Numbered from the whole stretch's first letter, positions 37,501-50,110 are shown. The stretch is DNA of 52,966 bases, filler included, from Sphacelaria rigidula (GCA_964200075.2; 4 parts of 4 records of this genome joined end to end with filler, not necessarily neighbours in it), one strand, 5' to 3'. Notes: generated from the letters alone by a model not told the origin. Made by a program: numbers and translations.

Positions 37501-38452
37501 CAGTTACACTGGGCAGAGTGCGCGTGCCTGCGCCGACCCACGAGTGACTATTCGGCGCTATGCTGAGAACATGCAGCGCAGTAGTTTGTTATTATGAGGG
37601 GGCTGTATGATTCGGGCACCCCTTGTTGTCGTCGCAGGCGTACACGTTTCCATGTCCGCGTTGCTCCACAAACGCCGGACCGTTTGCGGCCAAGTACACC
37701 GGAACCATTTCCACTCTCTGAGACGCTGTACATTGCGCATGAGGCACACTTCTCCTCATGCGGATACATTAACCTTCATGTACAACCCATACTGCTTTCT
37801 CACAGGGTAAAGGATCTTTTATATCCCCTGTGCGTGGCTGCGGGGATATGCTACGGCTCCATGTTTGCTCTGGTTTTGGCCTTAGCCGGTGACCTGTTTG
37901 GAGTAGAGCACATCGGAACAAATTATGGGTTGCTAGACTTAGGTGAGTCACCGCGATAAATCTGAGCTCGTTGTATTTTCGTAACCTTTGCGTTTACCGT
38001 TGTCATTTCTGGAGCGTTGGCCGCCTGTACCTGTGTACATGACGCGCGCACGGGAGAGTCCAGCACTTGAGCACACAGTGAAAGAGGAAAAGTAGAGCGC
38101 GATGACGAGCGGCACTCTCGGGCAATTTCGGCAGCATGTCAGGTCATGTACCATATCCGTCGTGGGTATCTTATCGAATGTAGTACAAAAACATCTTCAC
38201 ACTCATCCTTCTCTTGCCTCCGTTCCATGGCATGATATTGCAGGCCCGGCTCTTGGGTCGTTCGTGTTCGCCACGGGGGTCGTCAATTTTTTTTACAGTC
38301 GGCAGGGAGACGGAGGAACGTGCATAGGCCCACAGTGTTTCGGCGGCACGTTCTTCTGCGCCGCCATCGCGTGCCTATTGGCCTGTATTCTTGTATATGT
38401 TGTGTTAGTTAGACCAAGCTTCAAAAATCGAATCCGGCGAAGCGAGGAGTAA
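31547..38452 (+). CDS. Major facilitator superfamily transporter, nodulin-like (NFD4/Mch1-like); 5' exon(s) not located
   Basis: Phase-consistent exons 31547-31662, 32336-32433, 33687-33812, 34171-34374, 35179-35589, 35736-35855, 37226-37374, 37806-37942, 38244-38452 (stop). Motifs YAFGLFSDTLKDNLGFSQ, VRNFPSADRGKVAGLIKCVFGLS, FWALYVAFLCGAGSGLIVINN, NALGRLSAGWTSD, DLFGVEHIGTNYG, CIGPQCF. Confidence 0.9.
33196..33291 (-). repeat. tRNA-derived short element (SINE-like head) in an MFS intron
   Basis: A-box-like TGGCCCAACTGG, B-box-like GGTTTTGAATCCC, 3' CCCGCCAGACGC then oligo-T; the 3' end resembles 52722-52756. Confidence 0.4.
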
Positions 38453-39701
38453 TTATATGTTGATGTATATGTGGCTGGACTTTCGCATGACCAGCGTCAC
38501 TACTCGGGCGTTTCAGTGTACCCAGTGCGTGACCTCGTGAACCTTGATGGTGAACGTCATGAACAGCGCCACGAGTTCCTGCAGATCCGTGGTAGCTTGC
38601 GCGGTCCGTGAGCGCACCGGCGTTAGCGCTCGGTGAATCTACATGTATGAGAGCTTGGCATCAAATCCATTCGTGTTTGCCCCATGAAGTTGGAAGCGAG
38701 CTCGGCACGTGCACGCGCTGTAGGTCCTGGACCACGGTGATTTTAGTTTATACAGGAGTTGCCCCCCGCCAGGTGGCCGTGCGAATCATTTTATTTTCGT
38801 GTCTTGTCTTTTCTCTTCTTTCTCTTTTCTGTCGGTGTGCTTTTCTTAGCAGATCTGTTTTTTTTTGTTTTTTCACCCCGTTGAACTCAGGGAAGCTACT
38901 TCTAATGTTTGTCTTGGCGTATCTATTCTTATTTTCAATTTGGTGATATTTTAGTTGATTGCGTTCGTTCGTGTAATTAGGCTGGAGTCTCAAACAAAAA
39001 TGATGGAGGACTGTATGTCTTGTAAGGAATACGAGCTGGACCAGCTTAAAAGCGCCTAAAAGTTACTCACACCACAGCTTTTCCAGTTTCCCGAATAAAC
39101 CCGATGTAAGCTCACCACCGTGAACTGCAGACACACCTGATGACGAAGGGCTACGCCGCTGTTCGATTGGCGTCGTATTGCCGCTGACGTTATTGTACTG
39201 CATAGAGTACGGGGTGCGCCTCACATCGTTGGGCGATAGCGTCTCGAAGTGTTTTTTTTTCAATGCGGTGGGTTCACGTCAGCAATCATCCTGCACTGGG
39301 TATCAATGGGGGTGCAGCAGCGTCACGCAAAACGTTGCACGCACGGCCCAATTCGACGACTCTTGAGCTGAAATCTCACGAAGACCGTCTGCACCCAAGG
39401 AAATGATATTTCCCGTGAGCAGCTGCAGATTCTCATTCTTTTGCTGGACTTTACGACATCATTTTCTTTTTGCTGAAATTTCAAATCCCCATAACTTCCT
39501 GTTTTTCTCTTTCTTCCTTCGCTGCTGTCAAAATTTCAGCGTCCGACTCCTAATATCGCGCCGTGCGTCGCCTGAGCGAGAAAACCACCCATTGTTGGCT
39601 GGCCCAGCTCGTAGCAGAGACGGTATTGGAAAGACGAACCTACGTCTGTGGCCACGGGTTCGAGAAATCGGACTAATGTGCGGAAATAGTATGATGATAA
39701 T

Positions 39702-39801
39702 NNNNNNNNNNNNNNNNNNNNNNNNNNNNNNNNNNNNNNNNNNNNTTAATTAATTAANNNNNNNNNNNNNNNNNNNNNNNNNNNNNNNNNNNNNNNNNNN
39801 N
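39702..39801. other. Artificial contig linker
   Basis: 44 N + TTAATTAATTAA + 44 N. Confidence 0.97.
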
Positions 39802-40755
39802 GTCACCCCTGGCCTGGCATGTCCTTCGAGAGTGAAGCCAGTATCACCTCGTGATCAGACCACGACAGCTCCTCAGGTGTGATATCGTCATCGGCACGCG
39901 TGTACACCGCATTGCTTCTGTGCACCTATCCACACCTGCTAAACTGCTACAGAGGTTTTGGGGTGGAAGATTCTTGCCCTTGGTGTAACTGTTTGACACC
40001 ATTTCTGCGCAAAGATTGTGCCGTTTGAATCTCATTTTTGTGTTCAACCCCAGTTTTGGGAATCGCGGTTGTTTATTGTTTGTTTTCCATGAGAAGCGGC
40101 CTTTGCTGCCGAGAGGTAACGACCTCGCCGACGAAACAGGAGTAGACACGGTGCGTATGTTAATGTACGTTATATCGTTCGCGGTGACCCCATAAGCACG
40201 ACTCATGCACCACCCCAGCAACAATGCCATGCACATCCTTGTAGCGGCCTTTGAATCAGCGGGCGACGTTGAACTTCTCATGAAATACCGTAGTTCGGCG
40301 GAAGATAACTCCAAGAATAAACATACCTGAACGCGACGCAATTACTGCCCGCGCTCATTCGGATACCATCCTACGCGTTGCTCTCATGCGGGTTTTTACC
40401 GTACCCCACGTTTCCCGTCATCCCCCCATTTAGATGGCAATGTAAACTGCAGAGACAAATTGAGTCGCTCTGTGTAGGTACGACACATACATACCAGTCC
40501 TCCATGTATTTTCTGGCTCCGAAGACCCTTACTGATGGAAAACGTGAGGTAAAGTGAACTTCATCTCCTGCGAATTTTGCACTATCCCGGGGGTGATTGG
40601 TGCAATTTTTATGTTCGACGGTGACAAGTGGAAAATTTTATCAGCTTCCTGCTTCATGTGGAGTGCAAGTCATTTGTGTTGATCACGTGTCGGTCGAGCA
40701 TGCTGAAAAATGGCTTGTATACACATCGCCAACTGTTGCGGAGGGTTATCCCTCC

Positions 40756-40972
40756 TGTAATTCGTGAGAGGACCGCGTGCTCAGAGGACCGCATCGGAAT
40801 TTGAACATCCCTATGGTTAGGGTTAGGGTTAGGGTTAGTGTTAGTGTCGGGGTTATGGTCAGGGGTGTGGTACCTGCAGGGACTGGCCCGATTGGTTTTG
40901 ATAAACATCGATCCTGCGGTGTTTTGATCTACGGCGCAGTCCTTTAAGCACGCGGTCCTCTCACGCATTACA
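40756..40972 (-). mobile_element. MITE with internal telomere-like repeats, copy 1
   Basis: ~37-bp TIRs TGTAATTCGTGAGAGGACCGCGTGCTCAGAGGACCGC / GCAGTCCTTTAAGCACGCGGTCCTCTCACGCATTACA; internal (GGTTAG)n; perfect 5-bp TSD CCTCC. Confidence 0.85.
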
Positions 40973-41189
40973 CCTCCTTTGTGTGCTGTACTGGGTGGAA
41001 ATGAACTGGACTTCGATGGGGGCTTAGCTTCGAATACATGCCATCGCCATGCATCACCACCGTTGTCATTGTTTTACCCTGGCAGCTTGTTGTACTCCGT
41101 CAGCTCCCGTTCTTGGGATGGTGGTGAACAACGTGATAGTTTCCCCCGCGTGGTCGATCGCGGGTCGAACGGGCATACTAGTATTGGAA

Positions 41190-41434
41190 CATGACATACG
41201 AAGAGCAACGCGTGGATAAGCTGCTTTGGGAGAGGTATCCATCGTTGGGTTGTGTGCTCTACGGAGTGTACGTGATACAGGCGTTTCAGGGATATCAATT
41301 TCAGGATATACTGCAGCTTCGTATCGGAACCGTTTTGATTCCGGGATATATACACTTATTTGGCTCTGTTGCGCGTTTGTTCTTGGGATAGTGGTGAAGG
41401 ACGTCACACTAAATTGGGTGTAGCAGCGTTTCAC
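41190..41434 (-). pseudogene. Unidentified coding-like remnant homologous to 46376-46648
   Basis: Shares an identical block GATGGATACCTCTCCCAAAGCAGCT and peptides QRWIPLPKQL and VT-FTT with the second copy. Confidence 0.4.
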
Positions 41435-42220
41435 CAGGGTGGGCCATGGGTACGCATAAAAATTTCCCGTCGATTTCCCTGCGTGATTTTGAGCTTGTGA
41501 ACGGTCGTGATGATGAGGTTGTGAACCGTCATAACCATGACCATTGCCACAATCTCATTCCCATATGTTTCTCCCGTGGCCTCAGTTATGCGGGCTGATG
41601 GTATCGTAGCATACCTGTACTAAGATGAGGGGAATACGTTCGTAACCCCCGCATGCACTTGAAAAGACTGTCTGTACTGCCTGTCTTTGTACCGTTGACT
41701 GCCGTCCTGACTGTACACCTAGCGTGGCATGCAAGTAGGTGGAAGATAATTGGAATATAATTGCAAGTGAAAGGGTGTCCAGCTAATTACTACCGCGCCG
41801 GTGCTCGTCCCGGTGACGAGGAACCCTCGTCGAACAAATACGGTGCCCTCACGAAACTACAGTCAACAGTTCTCGTTATATTTGGCCGCGATCAAGCACG
41901 ACAGCTCGCGAAGGAATATCAAGACGGGCGCGGAAGTCCCTTCAGAACAGCAGCAACCGCAGCAGTCGCAGCTATTGCCAGTGAGCATCATGTGGTGAGT
42001 GCTGTGTTCATGCATGGGTAAGTAGGGACGAGGGGGCACGGGAGTTGCTACGGACAGCAAGCGTGGGGCATGGCGATTACCGCGCACACCACCAACCCCG
42101 TCGAATGCAAAAGCAGGAAACAACAAACGTGCGTCCATACCACACCTGTTCCGAAATCGTGCTTCCGAAGACTCATATCTGTGAACCGGGGAATTCATGC
42201 CTCGGCAAGCTCGTGGTCTC

Positions 42221-42817
42221 AGGCCGGATGTTATGGCAAACAGATTTTCGGCCCACGGAATGTTCACTAAACCCTTGGACCGCGAGGTTAGTCTTCTGTT
42301 GAATCGGCATCAATTTCAAGTGAAAAAACATGCATGATTCAAAAAGACTAACCTCGCGGTCTAAGGGTTAAAGTCTTCCGGGACGTTGAACCCACCTTTA
42401 GACCCCCAAAGCAAGAAAACCGCCAACACATGCCTTGGACACTTTGCATCACTCCACAGAGAGGAGCCTAGTCTGCTTTTCAGATTCCCTTGGCTCCGAG
42501 GTTTCGAGATTGGCCGCTAAACAAAACTTCGTGCGCAAAAATCTGTGCTTATGCCGACCCCCGCCAGTTTGGCAAACTGGTGGGGATCGGCAAGCACAGA
42601 TTAGATTTTCGCGCACGAATTTTTGTCCAGCGGCCAATCCCGAAACCTCGGAGCCAAGGGAATCTGAAAAGTAGACTAGGCTCCTCTCTATGGAGTGATG
42701 CAAAGTGTCCGAGACGTGTGTTGGCGGTTTTCTTGCTCTGGGGTCAAAAGGTGGGTCAAGAGTCTCAAAAGTGAACAATCCGTGAGCAAAAATCTGTGTG
42801 CCGTAACATCCTGCCTC
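42221..42817. repeat. Long imperfect palindrome (foldback); left arm interrupted by a piggyBac-type MITE
   Basis: Centre CCAGTTTG-G-CAAACTGG at about 42571; arms 42385-42570 and 42572-42760 are reverse complements; 42221-42268 matches the reverse complement of about 42770-42817. Confidence 0.85.
42272..42367 (+). mobile_element. piggyBac-type MITE family A, copy 1 (96 bp)
   Basis: 24-bp TIRs CCCTTGGACCGCGAGGTTAGTCTT / AAGACTAACCTCGCGGTCTAAGGG; flanks TAAA and TTAA. Confidence 0.8.
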
Positions 42818-43034
42818 AACTGTCAGAGTTTCCCGTGTGGAGCACGTGAGGCACTAGGCTCCTCTCTGTGGGGTGATGCAAAGTGTCTGAGACGTGTGTT
42901 GGCGGTTTCCTTGCTCTGGGGTCAAAAGGTGGGTCAAGCGTCTCAAAAGTGAACCATCCGTGGGCCAAAAATCTGTGTGCCATAACATCCGGCCTCAACT
43001 GTCAGAGAGTTTCCCGTGTGGAGCACGTGAGGCA
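42675..43034 (+). repeat. Tandem direct repeat, 2 x ~178 bp
   Basis: ACTAGGCTCCTCTCT...GTGGAGCACGTGAGGC starts at 42675 and again at 42853. Confidence 0.9.
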
Positions 43035-43093
43035 CACGACTTGAACATTGATTGGTCTTGCAAGGTCGCCAAACACACGTGGTCATCAGTTAA

Positions 43094-43195
43094 CCCTTGG
43101 ACCGCGAGGGTAGTCTCATCAGGATCAGGCATACTCTTTGTTTCACTTGAATTTTGATGCCGACTCAACAGAAGACTAACCTCGCGGTCTAAGGG
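43094..43195 (-). mobile_element. piggyBac-type MITE family A, copy 2 (102 bp, inverted relative to copy 1)
   Basis: TTAA-CCCTTGGACCGCGAGG...CCTCGCGGTCTAAGGG-TTAA; internal sequence is the reverse complement of copy 1. Confidence 0.85.
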
Positions 43196-43359
43196 TTAAC
43201 GTACCACGTAATATCACAGTCAGCGTCGATAAAGAATGTTCAACAGTTTTTTTTGTGACAGAAGTACGTGCACTATAGTGCAACAACAACAAGATCGTCT
43301 GTGTAATGCTGTACCACACCGGGGACAAAAAGAGACAGCTTAACTACAGACTATTGCCG

Positions 43360-43360
43360 G

Positions 43361-43391
<31 letters not shown>

Positions 43392-43413
43392 ATGATGATG
43401 CTGATGATGATGA
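43360..43413. repeat. Compound microsatellite (TA)n(TGA)n
   Basis: Directly visible. Confidence 0.9.
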
Positions 43414-43689
43414 AACATTGCGGTCGACGAAAGCCCCGAGAATGTGCTAATTGTCACCGTCAGCCAGGCTGTCCGTCGATAAGCCCTCAATCGCAGACAA
43501 GGGCATTGCCCAAATGTGTCCGTCACAATAGGCTGTATTTCGCGTGGAGCAATGCTCATTGGTAGTCACTGTATGGCCTGAATAGCGTTCACCACTACTG
43601 TTGTGCCAGTTCGGAAAAAATATCATCTAGGACATGGAGTTTTTTTTATCCTTGGGAGTACCATTGTAGTCGGTGTGTCGAGGACCCAC

Positions 43690-43923
43690 TGTAATGCGTG
43701 AGAGGACCACGTGCTTAGAGGACCGCGCCGTAGGTCAAAATACCTCAGGATCGACGTTTTTCAAAACCAATCGGGTCAGTCCCTGCAGGCACCACGCCTT
43801 GGCCCTAACCCCAACACTAACCCTAACCCTAACCCCAACACTAACCCTAACCCTAACCCTAACCGTGGGGGTGTTCGAATTCCAATGCGGTCCTCTGAGC
43901 ACGCGGTCCTCTCGCGCATTACA
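43690..43923 (+). mobile_element. MITE with internal telomere-like repeats, copy 2
   Basis: TIRs TGTAATGCGTGAGAGGACCACGTGCTTAGAGGACCGC / GCGGTCCTCTGAGCACGCGGTCCTCTCGCGCATTACA; about 10 CCCTAA/CCCCAA/CACTAA units at 43803-43864; flanks CCCAC / CCCAG (5-bp TSD with 1 mismatch). Confidence 0.85.
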
Positions 43924-45316
43924 CCCAGCGCAATATGTCGTTGTCCACTACTAAGGCGGAGTACGTAGCAGCTGATGGGATGGCCAAGGATATGCTATTC
44001 GTGCGGCGGATCAATGGTGCTGGCGGCCACAACAGACTCTGAAACGCGGCCATCAATTTCTACTGCTGCTGGCCACAATAATAGCATCCGACATGTCCAT
44101 CGATAGCCAGCCGTTGATCCATTGTCCCAAGATGCACATTTGACGAGGACTGACGTTGGGCGAAGGTGCTGATTGTGAGTACGCTGGAATGTGCACATTT
44201 CATTTTTCCGATCTTGGACGCTCGTGGCAATTTGTAACTTTGAATTTCTCCACGTGTCTTTTTTTGTGGTCCAGCAGTGCAACGGCCACTCCTATCCAAA
44301 TTTGTGTTCGCATACAAGTTGGCCCGGGCTTGATGTGATATTCTTCCCACCGAAATATATTTCGGGAGCGGCGGCGAGACACCGCCAAGCAACATCCCAG
44401 TGATAGGCAGAACGCCATGCGTTTGCCCCGACAGCATGCGATGTATGTACTTGAGTGTGTTGTGACGAGAAAAAAGAATTGTGTACCGATAAGATACTGG
44501 GTAGGGCATTCAAGCTGGTTCAGATTGAATACCCAAAATTTATTCCCCGGCTAATGACGAACGCAATACCCAGCCAATATGCACAAATGTGATATCATAC
44601 TGACCGCAATGAACAGACGAAAAGGGTGACATAGCCGGATTTTTGTTCAAGGCTATAGCGGTGGCTCTATGGACAAAAATATGTCTAGACCAATCAGCGC
44701 CTTTCAAATTGTTTTGAAATTGAAAACACGAATTCCAAGCCCAATTCCCACCGAATCTCCACATGGTTTAAATCGTAGTAACCGTCATCAACTTGGGAAT
44801 ATCACGGGAGAAACAGATTTGAACGCTACCAACGGGGTCGAGTTTTGCCCAAAACCGTGATGTTTCGGCGATGTGGAGCTTTGGCGTTGCCTAATTTCCA
44901 CTCTTGATACGCACGAAAGACCCACGGAGCCTCGAGACGATTTCCCTTTGATCTGTTGGAGAAAAGCTCAGATCTTCCTCAAACTTGGCAGTTCCGTAGG
45001 TATTGATGCTTCAAATGGAAAAATCATATTCTCGGCAACATTTCAAAGTTTCTCCGTTTTCTACCGGCTTCCGGGGGTCCCAGCATAAAGACCCCAGGAA
45101 ACCGATAGAGAATGACCCAACACCAAATGCTTGACATCTTAGGGTTAGGTGGTATCCCAAGGAACATCTGTACCAATTTTTGTTGCTCAACTCGAAAAAG
45201 TGAATCGGCTGGGTCTTTTACCGTAAAAACAACCCCCCAAAAGGGCGGCTCTTTACTTAAATCAAGTAATTACTTACTTTTTTTTACTTCAGTGCACGTT
45301 TTGGCATTTCCTCACA

Positions 45317-45571
45317 CCGTTTTCTCGAGTTGGACCACGAAAATTTGCACACATGTTCTGGAGGGCACTCTCTAAAACTCGAAGACCGTTTTTTTTTCAT
45401 TTTTGTTCTTGGTGGCTTTTTATCCAAGGTCGCGGTTGACCTACTTGACCGGGGGAGGTATCAGATGCCGAGTATCTCGACACCAAAATAAGAAGAAAAC
45501 AGTCTTAAAGTTTTAGATAGTGCCCTCAACAACATGTGTGCAAATATTTGTGGTCTATCTCGAAAAAACGG
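45317..45571. repeat. Inverted repeat (~87-bp arms, ~80-bp spacer)
   Basis: CCGTTTTCTCGAGTTGGACCACGAAAATTTGCACACATGTT...GAGGGCACTCTCTAAAACT matches the reverse complement of 45485-45571. Confidence 0.75.
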
Positions 45572-46375
45572 CTCGAGGAAATTCAGGAGAATGAATTTTG
45601 GGCGTTCAATCTGAACCAGCTCGTAGGGTGAAATTGACGATATATGCGGTGGCACCAATTCTCAAAGAATTTTGTGGAACTTGAACTTTTTAGTCTGAGC
45701 TTGGTGCTCTGCTGCGACACCTTGACTTGCGCCACCCCCGCGCGCTGCGCACGCTCTGGGTCATGGCTGTCGAGCCCGCCGAGCGATCAGCGGACAGGAC
45801 CTCTGTTCCCACCAACGGTCACCAGGGGAAGGACAAGTGACTGCTGAGGCTACATTACACGACCAAGCTACGTGGCACCATAGGTGGTAGTTTTTCTCCT
45901 TGCAAATTGCCTCCAACCACTGCTCACGCGAATTATCGATGCGCCAGGCGACTTTTTTTAATTTCGTGGTGAGCTATTGACGCCAGATATACAACACATA
46001 GTGAGCTACCCTTGATTTGGAATCAGGTTTCGTTTTTTTGTTGCACCTGCTTGGACCCTGTGACTGCGACCCTCGCCTCCAAACTGTTTCGCTGGCTGAC
46101 AGTCCAGGAAAATGACAATCCAGGAAAACCGAAGGGTATGCAGGGGCAGGGGGTGGGTTTTGACATGAGGTGGGTGCCTGTTCACCTAACAGCCGGAAAG
46201 CTCACGTTCAATCACGTGCGTTTTGAGGCTCCCGCGGAAAATTCTAAGCCGGGAACGAGGCCTGAGAAGGCAGTAACCATTCAGAGGTGTTCCCTTCCCA
46301 TCATATGAAAGCGTACTGCCCCCCCGCCATAGTCGCATTGGGATACCGGCAGTCGTACGAAACACTTCAATAGTC

Positions 46376-46648
46376 ATGTTCCACAGTGTTTCCCTATTAA
46401 AGGAATCACAACGCCACGCCCGATACAATGTCACGCTCTTCACCACCAATCGAAAAACAGGACGCGACGGACTCAAAGAAGTGGACAGAGCACTAAACCA
46501 CGATGATGCTGATGCACAACTGCAGCAGTATGTCTCTGACACACCATGTCCCCAATGGAATCTGAATCAATTCCACCCAGCACAGCGAATAAATCAGCGA
46601 TGGATACCTCTCCCAAAGCAGCTCAGACAGATGTTCTTGTTCGGATAA
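46376..46648 (+). pseudogene. Unidentified coding-like remnant homologous to 41190-41434
   Basis: ...RYNVTLFTTNRK...DAQLQQYV...QRWIPLPKQLRQMFLF aligns with ...QFSVTSFTT...DTKLQYI...QRWIPLPKQLIHALLF. Confidence 0.4.
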
Positions 46649-47272
46649 CAAAAGGTCACTTTCCGATATGCCCTTCCGACACGCGATGAAAAAATACCGA
46701 TACTGCGCGCATATCTGCAAGCCGAGCTCTACCGGCAGGTACAACTAGTAGCAACTAGCCATTGTTTGATCGCACCAATCAACGGTTGGGATAGAGAGCA
46801 AAAATTGCAGTAAATGACCTCCACTTCCCCTCGATGCCCCCATCTACAGCAGGAGTCTATCCCGTCGCCCGTGACGAAGGGTAGATAGTTTATCTTTTGT
46901 ATAATTGGAGAGTGCCTTGACAGAGTCGATCCCATTCCAGAAGGATCAGATGTAGAGTGAGGGCAAGCGGCGGCGACGCAGCTGCCCGGAGCATGGACTG
47001 GCAGTTATACACACTCGACTACTAGTACCCGTGCGTCAGCATGAATCTATCCGCACATGTGCATGTTAACTCAGTGTACCCGCTCACATGAACAACCCCT
47101 CTGAACTGGTTCATCAGTCGTCGCGGCTATCTCTCTCTTTGAAAAAAAGGAGGAAACCCGGCCATCCGAGCAAAAAAACCCTTCCCTCAACTGCTTTTGC
47201 TCCATCTACATAATCCATGGGCGCCGGTCAAGGCAGATACACGTTATGTCAGGAAACGCCCTACAAAACTCA

Positions 47273-50110
47273 CTCCCTCGACCTAATATGCGCATAAATG
47301 CATCACAAAGACATGAAGATACCCGGAGCTAGCACAAGGGTACACACAAAAAATGTATCTACTTGTTACCTTCCAAAATCATCAAAACCCGTCTGTGCCT
47401 CGCAAACAAGTTGATCGAGCGAGGCTCCGTCAAAATATCGGCATACTGCCATCCTCAATCTACATGCACGACCCTGATCTTTCCCGTCCCCCCCAGCTCT
47501 CGAATGAAGTGATGTCTCACGTCGATGTGCTGACTCCTTTCAGAACTGAGGGCATTCTCGGCCAGAGCCTTCGCTCTCTCGTTGCCCTTGTATTAAACGA
47601 TATCATGGTCGTTCCCACACCCCGACACACTCTGAGGCCACAAAATCGTTAACACTACCTTCACAAACAGACCCTCCTGTGCCCCCTCGGTCATTGCAAC
47701 ATACTTCGCCTCCGTGGTTGATAGAGTCACACAGTGTTGCGTGCGACTCGTTGCCGACACTACCACACCACCATACATCACAGCTACCCCCTAGAGTGAT
47801 CGCTTATCTGTTTCCTTCTTCGCGTAGTCTGCGTCACAGTAAACTGAAAGCCTGCCGTGATCTTTCTTGAACGTGAGTCCAAATTCCTTTGTCCTGTTAA
47901 GATACTTCAGCACCTTTACCACAGCTTCCCAGTGCCTCTCGCACGGGTCATGTGACTGGCGAGCGAGGGCCCGTACTGAATTCGCTACGTCAGGTCTAGT
48001 GACTGTTGTCAGCCACATCACCGTCCCCCACTGCGTTACGGTACGGGCGATTCACCACTGTGTCTCGGCTCCTTGTCGGCCCCAACCTAACAAAAACAGA
48101 GGCAGGGGTTTCCGAGTATCCCCTTACCTCAAAACGCTTTAGAAGCGTGTCCGTGAACGTAGTTTGCGTCACCGCTCTATTCCAGTCCCTGTTCACTGCA
48201 CACCCCATGTACCATGTGACCTCTCCGAGATCGTTCGTGGGGAACTTGTCGTTCAGAATTTTGCTCACCTTTTACACATTTTCCTCAGAACCACTGATTA
48301 GAATGTCATCCACAGGGACGACGAAATCACACGCACTTCTCCCGCATCCTCCATCTTGAAAACACAAGGACCAGCCTCACACAGCACCACCCGACATCCT
48401 CTAGTAAAGTTTGACACAGAAGACGTGACCACTTGCTTGATCCCGTAAATAGAGGTCTCGAGCTTAACGGTCATGTCTATCAAAACGTAGCAACCTTCAG
48501 GCAGCCTCATGTTCACGTCAGTGTCCATCTTCGCTTGAACAAAAGCCTGCGTTACGTCAAAATTGTACAACGGCCACTCTTCCTGAACTGTCACTGCCAT
48601 GACCAATTTAATTGAGGCCATGGAGGGCGTTGCCGCGAAAGTCTCGAAATAATCGAACGCGAAACGCTCTCCGAATCCTCGTGCTACCAACGTTCCGACC
48701 TTTTCATGGCCCCCCAGTTCGGCCTGCATCGCGCCAAACCATGCGTCTCCAAACTCGGATTTTGCCATGTCATCCATACTGGTGGGTGCTGCCTCTACTG
48801 CGCTTACATGCAGGCCAACTGGTGAACGCAAACCGGATTCAGGCTGCCCTACTCCGTCTTCCCCACCAACAAAACAAAAAAGCTTGTTTTCGGTCAACTC
48901 GTTCTGGATCGAGACGATTGCGTCTTGTCCTGCCACCTGTCCTACTGCCGAGGTGATCATCTCCACGATTAAGCATTTATCCTCGGCCTACGATCGGGTA
49001 AGTACTACCACCCGCGCACCGTAGTACCCTACCCTGATTCTCTCTGTACTCCGTCATCTCACAGGTATCGAGGGAGAAATGCTGGGTAGCCCGCGTTTCA
49101 AATACCCACGGTTTGCCCTCACCCTGCTGTTTTTCACCCCCCTGCCCAAGACACAATACATACTCGGCTGTTTCGCCGTTGATGGTGGTGTCACAAGAAG
49201 TGAAAGCCTCCCCGTCCGCGTCCGAGTAAACGGAGGAGTCGTCGCTGTCGTCGGTCGCACCCATCGCCGTCGCCACATCTTCTTTCTTCGCTGTCGATCT
49301 CGGACAGTGCCAGAACTTGTGCCCCTGTTGACCGCACCTCCCACAGTATCTCTTCAGGTAGTCCATGGGGCGGTGCGTCGTATCTGTGCAAACGTGGCAG
49401 CGGATCAGCTTCACAGTCGCCGGTTTGCCGTCCGACGATGTCGAACCAGAGCTACACGAACTCTGGCTTCCGCCTTTTTTCTGACCAGAGCCCCGGGGTT
49501 TCCCCGGTTTTTCCTTGCGGTGTTAATCGCTCGCTTTTCGGGTCCCACCCCTGGCGAGGACAGCCTGGTTGCCCGGGGATGGCTTTTTTCCCCGGGCAAT
49601 TTCCTGCTTCAAAGTGGCCGACTCGAAGCGCTTTCGGACCAAGCTCAGCACACCCTCCCGTGTCAGCGGCCCCACTCGAGCCTTCAGCAATTGCTTCTGG
49701 ATGTGATGCTCGCACGGCAAGGCGTTGAGGGATTTCAAGAGGATATGGTTTTCGCTTAGAAGTTGATGTTCCTCGTATGACTCAAGCTCTCGTGCAATTT
49801 CTTCCATCTCGAGCAGCTTCTGCTCTGGATTGACACGAACACCGATCTTGACTCCATTGACGTTTTCCAACAAGGCGGTTCTCGCCCCATTCGTTTCGGG
49901 GCGAAATGCATCTGCAATTTTTCTCCAAAATGTACCAGGTGAGTGGAGTCTGAGCAAGATATCTTGCTGTCTCTTTCCTTCGAGACTGGCAACAAGCATC
50001 CGTCTCGCCCTTACTTGGGCTGCCACTCTGTCCTTCCGGTATCTAGTCTCTAGTTATCCCAGTGATGATTCAGGGGCGCCGAAATCTACGTCGTGCGAAC
50101 TGTCGCTGAT
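47273..50110 (-). mobile_element. Decayed, internally deleted Ty1/Copia LTR retrotransposon
   Basis: gag (49523-50026); zinc knuckle CGRCGQQGHKFWHC; protease-like WVFETRATQHF; RT LVARGF, FDVTQAFVQA, SIYGIKQ, VDDILI, DLGEVTWYMG, PYRNAVG, TRPDVA; RNase H YCDADYA, LSTTEAKY, HIDVRHHFIRE, ADILT; polypurine GAGGGAG followed by TG at 47272; no integrase core. Confidence 0.9.

Noticed and set aside
42380-43034. CRISPR-like array
   Set aside because: Long palindromic and tandem units with no unique spacers, eukaryotic context and no cas-like ORFs.
43803-43864. True telomere or chromosome end
   Set aside because: Short, degenerate and enclosed by TIRs and a TSD within a MITE.
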